Source of the DNA: Phoronis australis
Taxonomy: Eukaryota; Animalia; Phoronida
DNA: 64,000 bases
Direction: 5' to 3'
Assembly (NCBI GenBank): GCA_002633005.1
Contig: NMRA01000491.1
Location: forward strand, 648-64,647
Within the stretch, counting starts at the first letter, position 1, and the number at the start of each line of letters is the position of its first letter. The position numbers were made by a program, and so were the translations under genes. Shown piece after piece: positions 11,501 to 22,255 of the stretch. The notes under the pieces are model-generated. The model was not told the origin of the DNA. It ran no database searches and was given only the letters and a program-made list of their open reading frames with translations.

Positions 11501-14500
11501 AATGAAATGATTTATTAAATCTATATGTATGCTAATGTATGTCAGGAACTACATGACAATGCTATTTGAACATCTTCTACATGACAATGCTATTTGAATA
11601 TCTTCTACATGACAATGCTATTTGAACATCTTCTACATGACAATGCTATTTGAACATCTTCTACATGACAATGCTATTTGAACATCTTCTACATGACAAT
11701 GCTATTTGAACATATTCTACATGACAATGCTATTTGAACATCTTCTACGCTAAACAAAATGCAGTTGTATGCAATGACAACTAAATGTGAAAACAAAAAA
11801 AAATCTGCAAATAGGAGACCTTTGCACTAATAACGTACCATGGTTACTCACATAACCCGCATCATGCAGTGTTATTCCCCAACACCACGTCACACTGTTG
11901 AGTGATGTACGGGGTTAATTTTTTGACACGAAACTCGTTCTTAAAAACATTTGGCAATTTCCAACATACTTCGTATACACAGTATCACTATATCTTGAGT
12001 TTCCAACTAATTCGATTAAGCAATCACAGAGATAAGCAATTAGCGTGAAAGTTCCACTTTAAGTTAAAACACTCAACACCAGTGAGCTCCATTCTGACCA
12101 CACGACAACCATTGAAAACAATAAGTGTTCAATTGCTTGATTGGCACCTAGATTTTTTGTGTCACATCGCAAAAATAACTGAAAATATTCGATCGTCACT
12201 CACCAATCGCCATTGTGCGAAACGGGATGTGCCAAGCTTATAGTAATGTAACCGAATCAGCCTTTAATATAGCTTTAAATCAAACCACACAAAACATGGT
12301 TGCTTAATAATGTCTCTAAAAGTCGAAACAGAGGCTTAGGCGAACAAGGGCGTTAATACGACCGGATATGTTAAGTCATTGCACTTTCAGATAATGTTGC
12401 TGATGAGCAACAAAAATGACTGCAGGATAATCGACCATTTCTAACGATCTGACAACAGGAAGTTCGAAATCCATCAGGTATCGCCAATGAAGCAAGGGAC
12501 CTTCCCATAGAAATACTTGACAACGGACAGGCATGGGGTCACTTTACATTTCTCCATTCAATGCAAAAGGTACGAATGCACCCCGGCTCTATACATACTG
12601 GGTCAGCGCCTGACCTGATTTGGTTGGCACAATTCTTGGATCCTTAACAGAATTTTCATTGCCACACGAATGCCATAATCACAGACAAGTACAAGATTTT
12701 TTCAAAACAGAATTTAATATGGTATATTAAATTGCGTGTAATTTCTGATTGTATGGCTGCAAATGACCGCTACAGTTAAAGAACACAGCTATTCACTTTT
12801 TATAAATTCAGAAAATTGATATTAAAACCACAAAACACATACCGGATGTAATAAATAAAATTTCCCTGTGTTAATGATGTTCTCTGCAAGGAGAAACTGG
12901 TTATGTGTTTCAGTAATGAGGGAAATCAATGAAGAGAATGCATAAGCGTGCAATATGTATATCAGTCATTTCGCTAAATACTTACACGTTTTATCATTAC
13001 AACAAAGAGCAACGAATGAGTGGCAACGTATTTGCGAAAGTGCTTCGACTTGAAGTTGGTCATCAGTTTCCAGCATTCCGAAGATATCGTGCATTTTTGT
13101 TTTTCTCTGAAATAAACAATTGCTGATATGAGGCTCTACTTTGCGTGTAATCTGCAATTTTCGTATTTCAAGTTCCCGCGATACTACCTGATCCAAGTGA
13201 CTTGTCTTAGGCAACACATATACAAGGATACTAAATGATGACTTTAACCAATCCAAGTGACTTGTCTTAGGCAACACATATACAAGGATACTCAATGGTG
13301 ACTTTAACCAATCCTCGTTCTGTCACCTACTAATGCATTATCGGCGTCCAACTTGAGTGACAAAAGCAGGATTCAACAAAAAACTCATATTCTCTGAGTC
13401 GCATACAGGGTATTACGGTTCTTGCTGAGTGGCCATTCAGTTGTCGTATAACTCGTCTAAAGCGTAGGTCACGGTTTGGCAGATTTGTAAGAAATTTTCA
13501 AATTTTCCTCGAAACATTTGAGAGTTGTCGAGGGTTACAGAGCATTATTTTGTTTCAAAGAACTAGAATTAGGCGCACGTGATTTCCGGGTTGGGAAGAA
13601 ACTGGCAGTTCGTTGTTAGTGCTGTTTGACACCACAGTCGGCCAATAACATGACCCATCATAACGTGTATTGTAGCACTACACAACACATATTGTTGCCT
13701 CGGCGAAAATATGTGTAACGGTATACTGTCATAATAGATCCGCTAGTGTCTGTTGAGACCAGTTTCCCGGTTTGTGTTAGAAATCAAAATATATTTAACA
13801 GAATAATGGTTCGTTGCAACTTTTTTGTTGTTTTGCACACTCACATGGATCCACGGATTCCAACAAAAGGGTGGGTGTTTTCAAAACGGCTATAAACCTG
13901 GCCCGCGTTTTGTCCAAGAAGCGAAATCTGATTCAGACCATAATTGATATCAGATGAGAAGGGATTTTTTGACTATTGTAAAAACGGGTTTCGTTATGCA
14001 GACCGCGTGCTCGGCGCTTAATAAGACCCGCCGTGACAAGCCAACTTGAGCAAATAACGAGGTGCCAGTTCTTTCAAAGCTCTTTAAAAATCCCTCCTAA
14101 TTTGACAAAGTAAGAATTTGAGACCAATTGTATAACGGTAAATGATATACATCAGACGTTGCTTTTTTGCCACAAGGCAAGCTTATTGCCGAATTAATAA
14201 ACGATTCCGATTAATTGGTGCCCAAAACCGTACAGAAAAATTGCCAATCAGGTACACGATAACAGGTCATGAAGACCTCGCCTTCGAATCCCCAGGCTTT
14301 AGAGCGTGTACCTGTCGTACTATCAGTGTCTCATATTCTTAAGAATTTGTCTCCCAGGCACACGGAATACATGAACTTAGTAAGTGGTGCTCAAACGTTA
14401 TCATCAAAACTGTCATCTTGAGCGCTTGGTATCGGGAGGTAAACAATTGTTTCGTGCGTGTATTACTTGAATTATTTCAATCGTTTTCTGAGGTACATAC

Positions 14501-16994
14501 CCTGTTCCGAAGAGGTCGACGAAGCACCGGTCTCCTTTCAACTCATCATAAGTAGTTTCCTCCGCTTCTTTGTTCACCTGTACTATTTTGTTATGCCGAC
14601 TTTTGAATTGCGTCGTGAACGGTTTATCAACGACTGGCTTGAAGTGTTTGAAATAGAGAGCATTTGATTTCTTCAGACAATGCATGCTGGTCTTGGCAGT
14701 GTCGGCTGCTGATTTAGACAGCACGCGCACCTTATGCCAAAGTGTCGGCTGCTCTTCCTTGAGATGGCCATGGTTATGGATAATGAGTTTTAGTTGTCCT
14801 GAAATAAAAATCACACTTATTTCAAAAACTGCTCTTAAATTTATGTACTTCTTACGGTTCAACCGGATTTACCGGTTCACCAGAAGGTAAAATGGGTGTT
14901 CGTTGGCTATTAAATACCGCAGATGACTAGTAATAGTTTCAAACGTTTTGCCACGAGGAAAGCCATATTGCTAATATTGGAATCGCTTTGTGTCAAGGAC
15001 CAAAGCACGTGCTCGTCTTTTTCACAAGTTTTTATAAATTGTAAATAGTTATTAGCTAATAAAAATAACACTAATAAATACAACAGATTACAGATAGCGA
15101 CAAAGGTTATAGCACGATGAGTCACTAACAAGCCGTTAAAACAGAATGAAAAATACCTTCAAAAAGTGAATGATAATAACACATGAATTGATTGAACCAT
15201 GTGAGTTTGGTGGACTGTTCTGTAGCCAGACACTACAAAACGTAAAATGACATTCTTTTTGCGTATCTCCGTACTGTAACTCAGTGATTGTGCTTGTGTC
15301 CTGAGGATTGCCATTCATAAAAAATCGAAATTATTCGGACTGGACTTGAGCATTGAAAGACGTTCAGATATTTTCGGCTAGAAACTGCAGTGGAAGCAGA
15401 GACGCTAGATAATCTTAACATCTGCTGGTTGTAGATTGTCAGCGCAAGCTTTCATTTCTGCAAATTCGACGTCAAAGTTTGATAATACTGTTTCCTCTTC
15501 GTTTTGATGAATTTTTTTGGCGATCTGTGTCATCTACAATCTCTTGAAAATTTACGAGTTGATAAGTTGTGGCGACGACATTCGCGTGATCAAACCAATC
15601 GTTGGACCCAACTCGAGTTGGGTTGCATTCCAGCCTTAGAAGTATTTTTAAACAGCTGGTTGTTTTCCAAAGCGTCAACAACTCTGTTATCATAAAATGT
15701 ATCAACTAATCTATTTTCTCTGATTTCAAAACATTTTTAAATTCAAAGCATTTTTGATCGAGTTCAGATGTGCTATGCAGTTTGCTAGATTTGGGAGTTA
15801 ACTTGACCGTGGTGATATGTGAAAGATGTCATCACGAATCAGACCCACATGTAACCATAAGACAGCGGGAGAGAGGCTAACAAAAATCAGCGGCCCTGTG
15901 AAGGTTTCTGCTTTCTGGAGAGTAAACTAGGAGAAATGCAAATTTCTGATACTCGTTTTTACAAGAAATTTCGTTGGCCACAATAAAAGGAGAAGATGGA
16001 ATAGAAAAAACGACATGGTGTGGGAGACAAACCTAACACTTGAATTGGCCATATGGGGTTGTGTAACGAAACGGATAAACAACAGGATTCATGCTAGGAA
16101 GACACGTTGTCACCCTACTGAGCGAGTACCACTTTTGAGTCTACTCGTTACTTCACATTAGACAGAACATTAAACCCGACATAGGTAGAAAGGCATTGAT
16201 CGCTTACTGCAGTTCAGCAAATAGTCACATATGAGTATAAAAATACTAATCACGCCGACTTTCTACACTTCATCTCGGATCACTACAGTTTGACACTACA
16301 TGCTTTAACAGGTTTCACATGTCTGCCGCAATATTATTGTAAACTTTGTTTCAATATATTGAAAATTATTTTCAACTCCTGATTGTTTAACTCCCCTCCC
16401 CCGCAACACTAACCTTCTTATGGCCTGTTGACTCCTGGCAACCCTAAGGCACAACTACATATTCGGATGTGAACGTGACTATTCACGTTCAAAGCCAGCG
16501 AGAGTGCCAAGATGATTTTTAGTCCGGTTCGGTCACCCGGGACGAGACACCGGATTTTTTTTACCATCAAACTGCACCTCAGTCACATGCCGAGCATGCT
16601 GGTCTCGTGGAATGACGAACTGTCAATTCTTTGCAAACCCAGAATCTCTTCTCGTCTGATTGAAAATTAAGTTGAGACCGATTTGGCCTAAACCAAAAAT
16701 GCGCTTCTTTGACGGAACGCACGGGTTCGGTTGTAGTCGCTTAATTATCATTTGCTGTGTAAGACCCCATGGTGTGGAATATGACACACACTTACCTTCC
16801 GCCACTCTCAATCCATAAATTCCATCGAGGTTAATCTCACACTTATTTATGTCGAAAAACTTGAGAGCTTTGGCCAAGGCTGCTAACACCCGCTCTGTTG
16901 GAGAAGAAATATCTTTACTAACGCCAAGTCCCGAGGAGCTTAACAGAAAAATATGGTAAGTTAGAATCCAAAACGTGTGCCTCACCGCTACCAT
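5379..16994 (-). CDS. C16orf89: UPF0764 protein C16orf89 homolog, secreted, 7 coding exons, about 352 aa
   Basis: Exons 16796-16994, 14501-14798, 12986-13106, 11120-11276, 8793-8898, 6291-6337 and 5379-5509 all have GT-AG boundaries and consistent phase (1059 nt). Signal peptide plus family motifs EINLDGIYGLRVAEGQL, DRCFVDLFGT, CWKLMT..ATHSLLF, RDIFLEQ..VCG..GF, DW..IL..Q..GCFG and RKLL..DGCSSH. Confidence 0.88.
6007..6246. mobile_element. MITE with TTAA target duplication (Kolobok/piggyBac-type)
   Basis: TTAA|AAGGATACTAAACC ... GGATTTGGTATCCTT|TTAA; internal part recurs at 13295-13400. Confidence 0.7.
6291..6337 (-). CDS. C16orf89: C16orf89-like exon 6
   Basis: PVFGARKLLFERQLK; 47 nt, bridges phase 2 to phase 1 as the neighbouring exons require. 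Confidence 0.78.
6807..7681 (+). mobile_element. Non-autonomous element with a terminal ~170-bp hairpin (Crypton-like), copy A
   Basis: Hairpin at 6812-6975 centred on GCCCGAGGGGCGTCAGCCCCGAGGG, followed by TTATACCACA...TGTGGTATAA inverted boxes. It is the diverged reverse complement of 7682-8745. Confidence 0.6.
7519..7597 (+). other. tRNA-like Pol III promoter sequence inside element A
   Basis: A box TGGTGTAGTGG (7525-7535) and B box GGTTCGACTCC (7569-7579); the cloverleaf stems do not pair properly. Decayed mirror copy at about 7770-7850. Confidence 0.55.
7682..8745 (-). mobile_element. Inverted, diverged copy B of the same Crypton-like element
   Basis: Colinear reverse complement of 6807-7681 with many substitutions; its terminal hairpin is interrupted by an insertion at 8449-8614. 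Confidence 0.6.
8449..8614 (+). mobile_element. 5'-truncated SINE/LINE 3' end with (CAGAAA)n tail
   Basis: Flanked by 8-bp TSD CTCAGTCG (8441-8448, 8615-8622); absent from the matching arm of copy A. Confidence 0.75.
8793..8898 (-). CDS. C16orf89: C16orf89-like exon 5
   Basis: VTVCGDIGFIDFVRSDWMEIILGLQDDERGCFGYEP. Confidence 0.87.
9715..9850. repeat. Degenerate ~17-bp tandem repeat (AGTGAACCTTCGGAGT-like)
   Basis: About 7 imperfect units such as TAGTGAACTTTCGAAG, TAGCGAACCTTCGCAG and TAGTGAACCTTCGGAA. Confidence 0.65.
11120..11276 (-). CDS. C16orf89: C16orf89-like exon 4
   Basis: MGCEKHISK...QICDHIYSEARAL...YRDIFLEQ; GTAAGT donor. Confidence 0.85.
11515..12062. mobile_element. TTAA-flanked MITE, paralog of 24720-25119
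   Basis: Over 300 bp colinear similarity with 24787-25119; both end GTTCCACTTTAA. Confidence 0.7.
11549..11748. repeat. 28-bp minisatellite, 7 copies
   Basis: CTACATGACAATGCTATTTGAACATCTT x7, near-perfect. Confidence 0.95.
12986..13106 (-). CDS. C16orf89: C16orf89-like exon 3
   Basis: EKQKCTISSECWKLMTNFKSKHFRKYVATHSLLFVVMIKR; phase 2 in, phase 0 out. Confidence 0.85.
13191..13314. repeat. 60-bp tandem duplication
   Basis: ATCCAAGTGACTTGTCTTAGGCAACACATATACAAGGATACT.AATG.TGACTTTAACCA x2. Confidence 0.9.
14501..14798 (-). CDS. C16orf89: C16orf89-like exon 2
   Basis: GQLKLII...GDRCFVDLFGTG; tttcAG acceptor and GTATGT donor. Confidence 0.88.
16796..16994 (-). CDS. C16orf89: C16orf89-like exon 1 (signal peptide, INLDG motif)
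   Basis: MVAVRHTFWILTYHIFLLSSSGLG...EINLDGIYGLRVAE; donor AAG|GTAAG. Confidence 0.88.
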
Positions 16995-19900
16995 ATTGCA
17001 CGAGATACAGAGTGTAACTATGAACGAGTGATAACGCTCAGGAGAACAATCCCTAATGTCACTACGGGGTTATTGGACCTCAACGAGGCTTATCGAGGGT
17101 AGACACGACGGCCTGTGTTTACAACGAGTACATTGTACGCATATGTACATCATCGTCTTCGACAGTATCGCTTTACGCATCAAGCGCAATTAATTTATAG
17201 CTTGTAAAAAGCGTTGGCGTTGACGCCGATTCGGATAATTGCAGTCCGCTCAGAATCATCGATATGCAAATTTTAAAAGATCGAGAGCTGTGACATAAAT
17301 GTGGGCGATGGACTCACTGCAACCCGTATTAATGATACGAAAATCTGACACAGGTCAGTGATTTCCTTGTCAAAATATTCATCCTGTCCTAAGCTAACAA
17401 AATCACATTACCTGAAAAAACGTCTCCCTTCTTTAAGGCACGTTATGATGACATGATTACAAAACTTCGCAGGCTCGGTTTTCAATCATGCAGGGCGTAG
17501 TTGATTAGAAAATCGTCTTCATGTTTTGTAAATGTTGCCATCGGCAACAAAGTTTGAAAATCTCGACAAAAAGCTTTGTTCAGGTCATGCGTATTATCGA
17601 TGTTCGAGGTGATTTAATTCTATAAAAGTTTGCCAAATAATGCCGACACAGATACTCGCCGAAAGTCGGTTTCAATCTGATGTGATGCAGAATAGAGAGG
17701 AGAAAATAAAATCTGCTCGGCCAACAGTTTACGAAGCAATCGAGGATTAACGTAATTATCGCGACCATATGGAAAAACCATATCAAGTAAATGTGCAAGA
17801 GAAGTATAAGCACTTTCCATCATCCACCGAAGTGATGCGTTCCAAAAATAGTTAGAATTTATCAACGCGTCCAACGATCCCACGAAGAAGAGCTAATCAG
17901 AATACGTGTAAAAACGTCTACACAGTAAAACCGCGCTGTTAATTACGAGGAATTATGCCCTTTACAATTTCATTTTTAAATATCTTTAAAGCCTATTTTA
18001 CTTACGTGGAACAGCATTAAACATTTTGAGGACACAAGCAGCACAGGTTAGGACAAAGTAAGATCGCAAATTGACATAAATCGAATTAGCGGCGGTGAAG
18101 CTATCAATGAACTCCATGAGATCATTCCTTTCTCAGATATATCCCAATAGTAAGACCCGAAAACCAAAACTAAGCGTTTCATCCTAAAATAAAGAACCGT
18201 GGTTTTAAAAGATGGTGCGCACTGCCTGGGGTTTCAATGCTACAATCATCATTCAGTATGTTGTCATTACATACATGTACGAGTAGTTTGCAAATAAATC
18301 TTGGGAAATCAGAAATTCGTACTGTGCAGTTGTGAACCCCCGTTAAAAGTATTTCATTCGCTTGGTATATGAGAATGTGCCACTAAAGAGACACGAGTTT
18401 AGCCGAAAATCACGATCTGTTGTTTTGCCCAAACCCTCACAGTAGGGTATTCATAGAACACTACGCCAGGGGGAAAATTAAGTTGACGGAGGTACTGGAA
18501 CTTCGACAAAGAAATTGTGTCTTACGATAGTCGAAGGAGATCCGGCGATCGGGTTGAAATCGGAAGCATACAGCACCACAGTTTCGACTGAATTTAGGTC
18601 TACGTACCCCTAGAAAAAGTCATAACATTAAACTAAAACAGCTCAGTTCCGGTCTTTAGTAGGTGGCGTATTCCGCTGAGAACTAAATATTGACATTGCT
18701 CCTATTTGAATTAAAACTTATTCACCGACTGGTTAACTTATTCGCTTAGGTGTAGCTAATTAGCTCTAAAAACAGAGGATGAATATCAACGGGAATTCAT
18801 AAAATAATTTCATGACATTCCGCCGTCAAGCAATAATCCACATATAGGTGTGATTGGATTTCACTGTTTAAATGAGAATGTCTAAATTTCCTTGTACCTG
18901 TGTCCAGTGTCACCGACTGAAACAACAATGTCTCTAGTACTGTAGTGGGGCGTACATGTAGGCGCAGCCAACCACCTTTTGGTATTTGAACGTAGCGCCC
19001 ACGCACCGTAAGTTACGTTCAATGCTCAAGGCGATACGGTGGGCTTTGGGCGCCTACTTACCTCTAATTTTACCACTACAGCACTGAATGTCTCTGATTA
19101 TTTTAGAATTTTCATTCGATTCACAAATGTGTGAATCATAAACCAATGAGTTCGCGTACAACGAAACAAACTTTCAACGGATGAGTCATTACATAAATTT
19201 CAACCATACGAAGACCTGAATACAGTGTGCTTTTCGAGTTTTGTGTGGGGAATTGTTTGAGTTGTAACATTTTTCTTGTAATCCGTATTTACTGTTAGCC
19301 ATTTGGAAGAGATTTTCGACCGTATGCGCTCAGACGCTTAAAGTGCTTAAAATCACCAATTTCATTTCAAGAAAAAAACACCAGTCGCTATCAGCTGTCT
19401 AATTAGAACAACGGCATACACTGTGTGACAATACGTCGAATAGCTGATTTTGAGTTACGGGCATTTATTGTTTGAAACATACTACCTAACACGGGACTAC
19501 TTATCACAGTATTAGTCTTCTTCCATTGTTGTATTCAGTGTGAAAAGTCGTCATATATTGCCGCTCGGCGACCCGTGGTTTATGCTTTAATAATTATAGG
19601 GAATGGCGTGGCGTTGCGTTTGTGGTTGTTGTGACAATTAGTATTTAACCACGCTGTGGCTGTTTCCACTTTTCCACGGTACACCGGAGAAGCGCGGTTA
19701 TGGCACAAGTTGTTACAAGAAACTCACGTGTTGGTGAACATGACACTCTGGCACTGGGTAGGCCTACGTTCATGCGTCACACTCATATCCATGGAGCTAA
19801 GAAACTTTCAATACACCTTCAAGCAGTTGCCATGGTACAAAAAGACTCCTTTTGGGTTTTAAAAACAATGCATTCCGCGCTTAATAACAGCGCAAAGCGT

Positions 19901-21004
19901 GATTTTTTCGTATGCCTCGTTAATATATATGCCTCTAATGCACTTTAAACATAAAAAGAGGCTCATTTTTAAAATAGCGACTGCGTGAATATAAGGTCTA
20001 TTGAAGTAGCTTTTCTTCGATTTTCTCGTTTTTGGAATATTGAATTCACGATTACAATAAAGGCATGATTCTGGCAATGTAGTCACGTGTCAAAATAAGG
20101 TAAGTGGTGGTGTTAAGCACTTCAAGGGCATGCACAACAGAAGGACCAGAAGAGTGTCCTTCATCCTGCCGCACGTGCAACACCACACACCTATACAGCG
20201 AGGGTTGTACGGACATCTCTTCGTGAACAACGCTTTTCCAATAAGTATTTCAAAATAAAGACACCATTTTTTGGTATTCTTTGCGCAAAAATAACATTTT
20301 TGTCATTTTGCCTCATTTCTTTCACAAATAGTGTTCTCCATACTTTCATACTTCAAAATTAAATGCTATTTATTGAAGCCACTCACATCTTTGGTTGTTT
20401 TAAGTCACTGTGATGCTGCGGTGTTTTGCTTGCAAGATGTTTCTTGATGTTCAAAGGCATTTTGGAACTACTGTTCGCTTGAATGATTGGCATATTGAAT
20501 CTCTCGTAAGGCATCTTAGAAAAATATCCAAATTTTGCCGATTATATAGTACCAGAATTGCCCAATCGGTTTCACATGAAATTTTCAGGTACCATGCTTC
20601 ACACGTTGCTCTCCAAACCGCCGATAGGAATTTTTTCAAAATATGTTTCATTTTGTATAAGGCATTATTAAAAATAGCACTTTTATGATTTCCATGGAGA
20701 AAATCTATGGCCGAATAAAACGTAACTGGAATTAACATTTAAATCAAAATACCATTATTTTGCTACTAATGTATTACCTTTCTGTTTTGATAAATCCTAC
20801 TAAAGACATAGTCACGTTACTCAATTAATGGTATTTATAAAAAAGTCAAAAGTCAAATTCTTCAGGCTTTCCTCTTTCAGAATATATGTACATCTACTGA
20901 GTTCACTCTATAGTTTTGTAGTTATTTGGTTCAATACTCACCCTTCTCAACAACGTGAAGGTAATTTATATCTGAATTTATATCCCTTTTCTACGTATTT
21001 CGTC

Positions 21005-21172
21005 ATTCGCGGCAAATTTAGACGGGGGTGGGGGGGGGAATGCCCCCGACCACCAAAAATTCTTCCAGATTCCATTTGGCAGTTTGGGAGTGCGAATGTC
21101 TGACCGGCAAAATCCTGGCTAATACTCTGCCCTGCCTCCTCCCCCTGACTCAAAATCCTGAATTCGCCTCTG
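21005..21172. mobile_element. Internally deleted relative of the MITE at 4887-5208
   Basis: Shared block AAAATTCT.CCAGAT.CCATTTGG.AGTT.GG..TGCGAAT and a similar 3' end ACTCAAAATCCTG.AT..GCC. Confidence 0.6.
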
Positions 21173-22182
21173 ATCGTTGTCCCATTTTCTCTAATTTCTT
21201 TCCTGTGCTTATCCATGTTTTTATGTCCCATTTTCAATATCTTCTACCTGAATCTGGAAATCCAATTGCTCCGGGGACCAAATTCGTCAAGATTCATTTT
21301 CGCGCGAACAACACCTCGTGTTTTTCTCTCATTCCTCCTTATGGAAATTATAAAAAAACATCCGAAATTGCGATTCTGGAACGGATTACCGCCCATGGCC
21401 TATTATCGGGTTGGCTCGTTTTCAGAAATTCAGATCCAGTACTTTGCACACTGTCATTACCTGGTGCAACTAGTGCACATTTTACAGAAAATCAGTATTC
21501 GAACAATTAATCAATAGCGGTAAATCTTGCACATCTGCAAAAACGCATTTTGAGACGTTTTGAAAAATGGAACATTTACGTTAAAGACATAACATTTCTG
21601 TCGCGTAATTAATGTTCGAGCGTGGGCCTTCACGAGATTCATTGATGAGTGGCGTCTGAGTTCATGGCCAGGTCGCACAACCTCCGAGTTAGCCTCTCTA
21701 CGGTCTCTGGTTCAGCAGAGCTTTGAGGTTAATTTGAGAGCTCTAAAGTTCCTGTGCTTGGGGGCGTACAATTGGCAGCCGACACTTGTTTACTTTACTG
21801 AGCTCAAATTGAGGTTATTTAGAAAAGTTTAAGCCCGTATTCAGAAACCAAAGCTAGTGACATTAGTCCGCTGCGTTTTCCAACATCTGTATCCCAATTT
21901 TGAGTGGATACTGTTTTATGAAACAAACAAAACGGAGCACGTGAACAAAAAGTTCACAACATGATTAAGTGTGATAACTGTGAGGTTTATGAGAGCGGAA
22001 AGAGGGTTGTCCGGTGTGAAATCATCACATTGCTGAATGTGGAACTTGGCGAAACATATTGTCCAACAGGCGTTGACGGCCGCCTGCCATCGAGAGATAA
22101 GTCATCAAGGCATTACTTAGCGGATGTGTTGCACTCCCATTGAGGCTGCGATGTTTAAGGGAACGGCAGTGATCAAGACAAG

Positions 22183-22255
22183 ATGGATGGAGCTAAGAAT
22201 GATCGCATGGTTGGATTTCTCACCGTTTTTACCATTTTGTCCCATGGTGTCGCAG
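22183..22255 (+). CDS. CUB receptor exon 1 (putative signal peptide)
   Basis: MDGAKNDRMVGFLTVFTILSHGVA; phase-1 donor CAG|GTAAAT matches the CUB exon acceptor phase. Confidence 0.65.

Noticed and set aside
11549-11748. CRISPR-like arrays (also 42365, 52670, 60214)
   Set aside because: Units are directly adjacent with no unique spacers, there are no cas genes, and the context is eukaryotic intron. These are minisatellites.
20410-21517. Several overlapping 90-160-aa ORFs
   Set aside because: No recognisable domain or splice structure; they overlap MITE-derived sequence.
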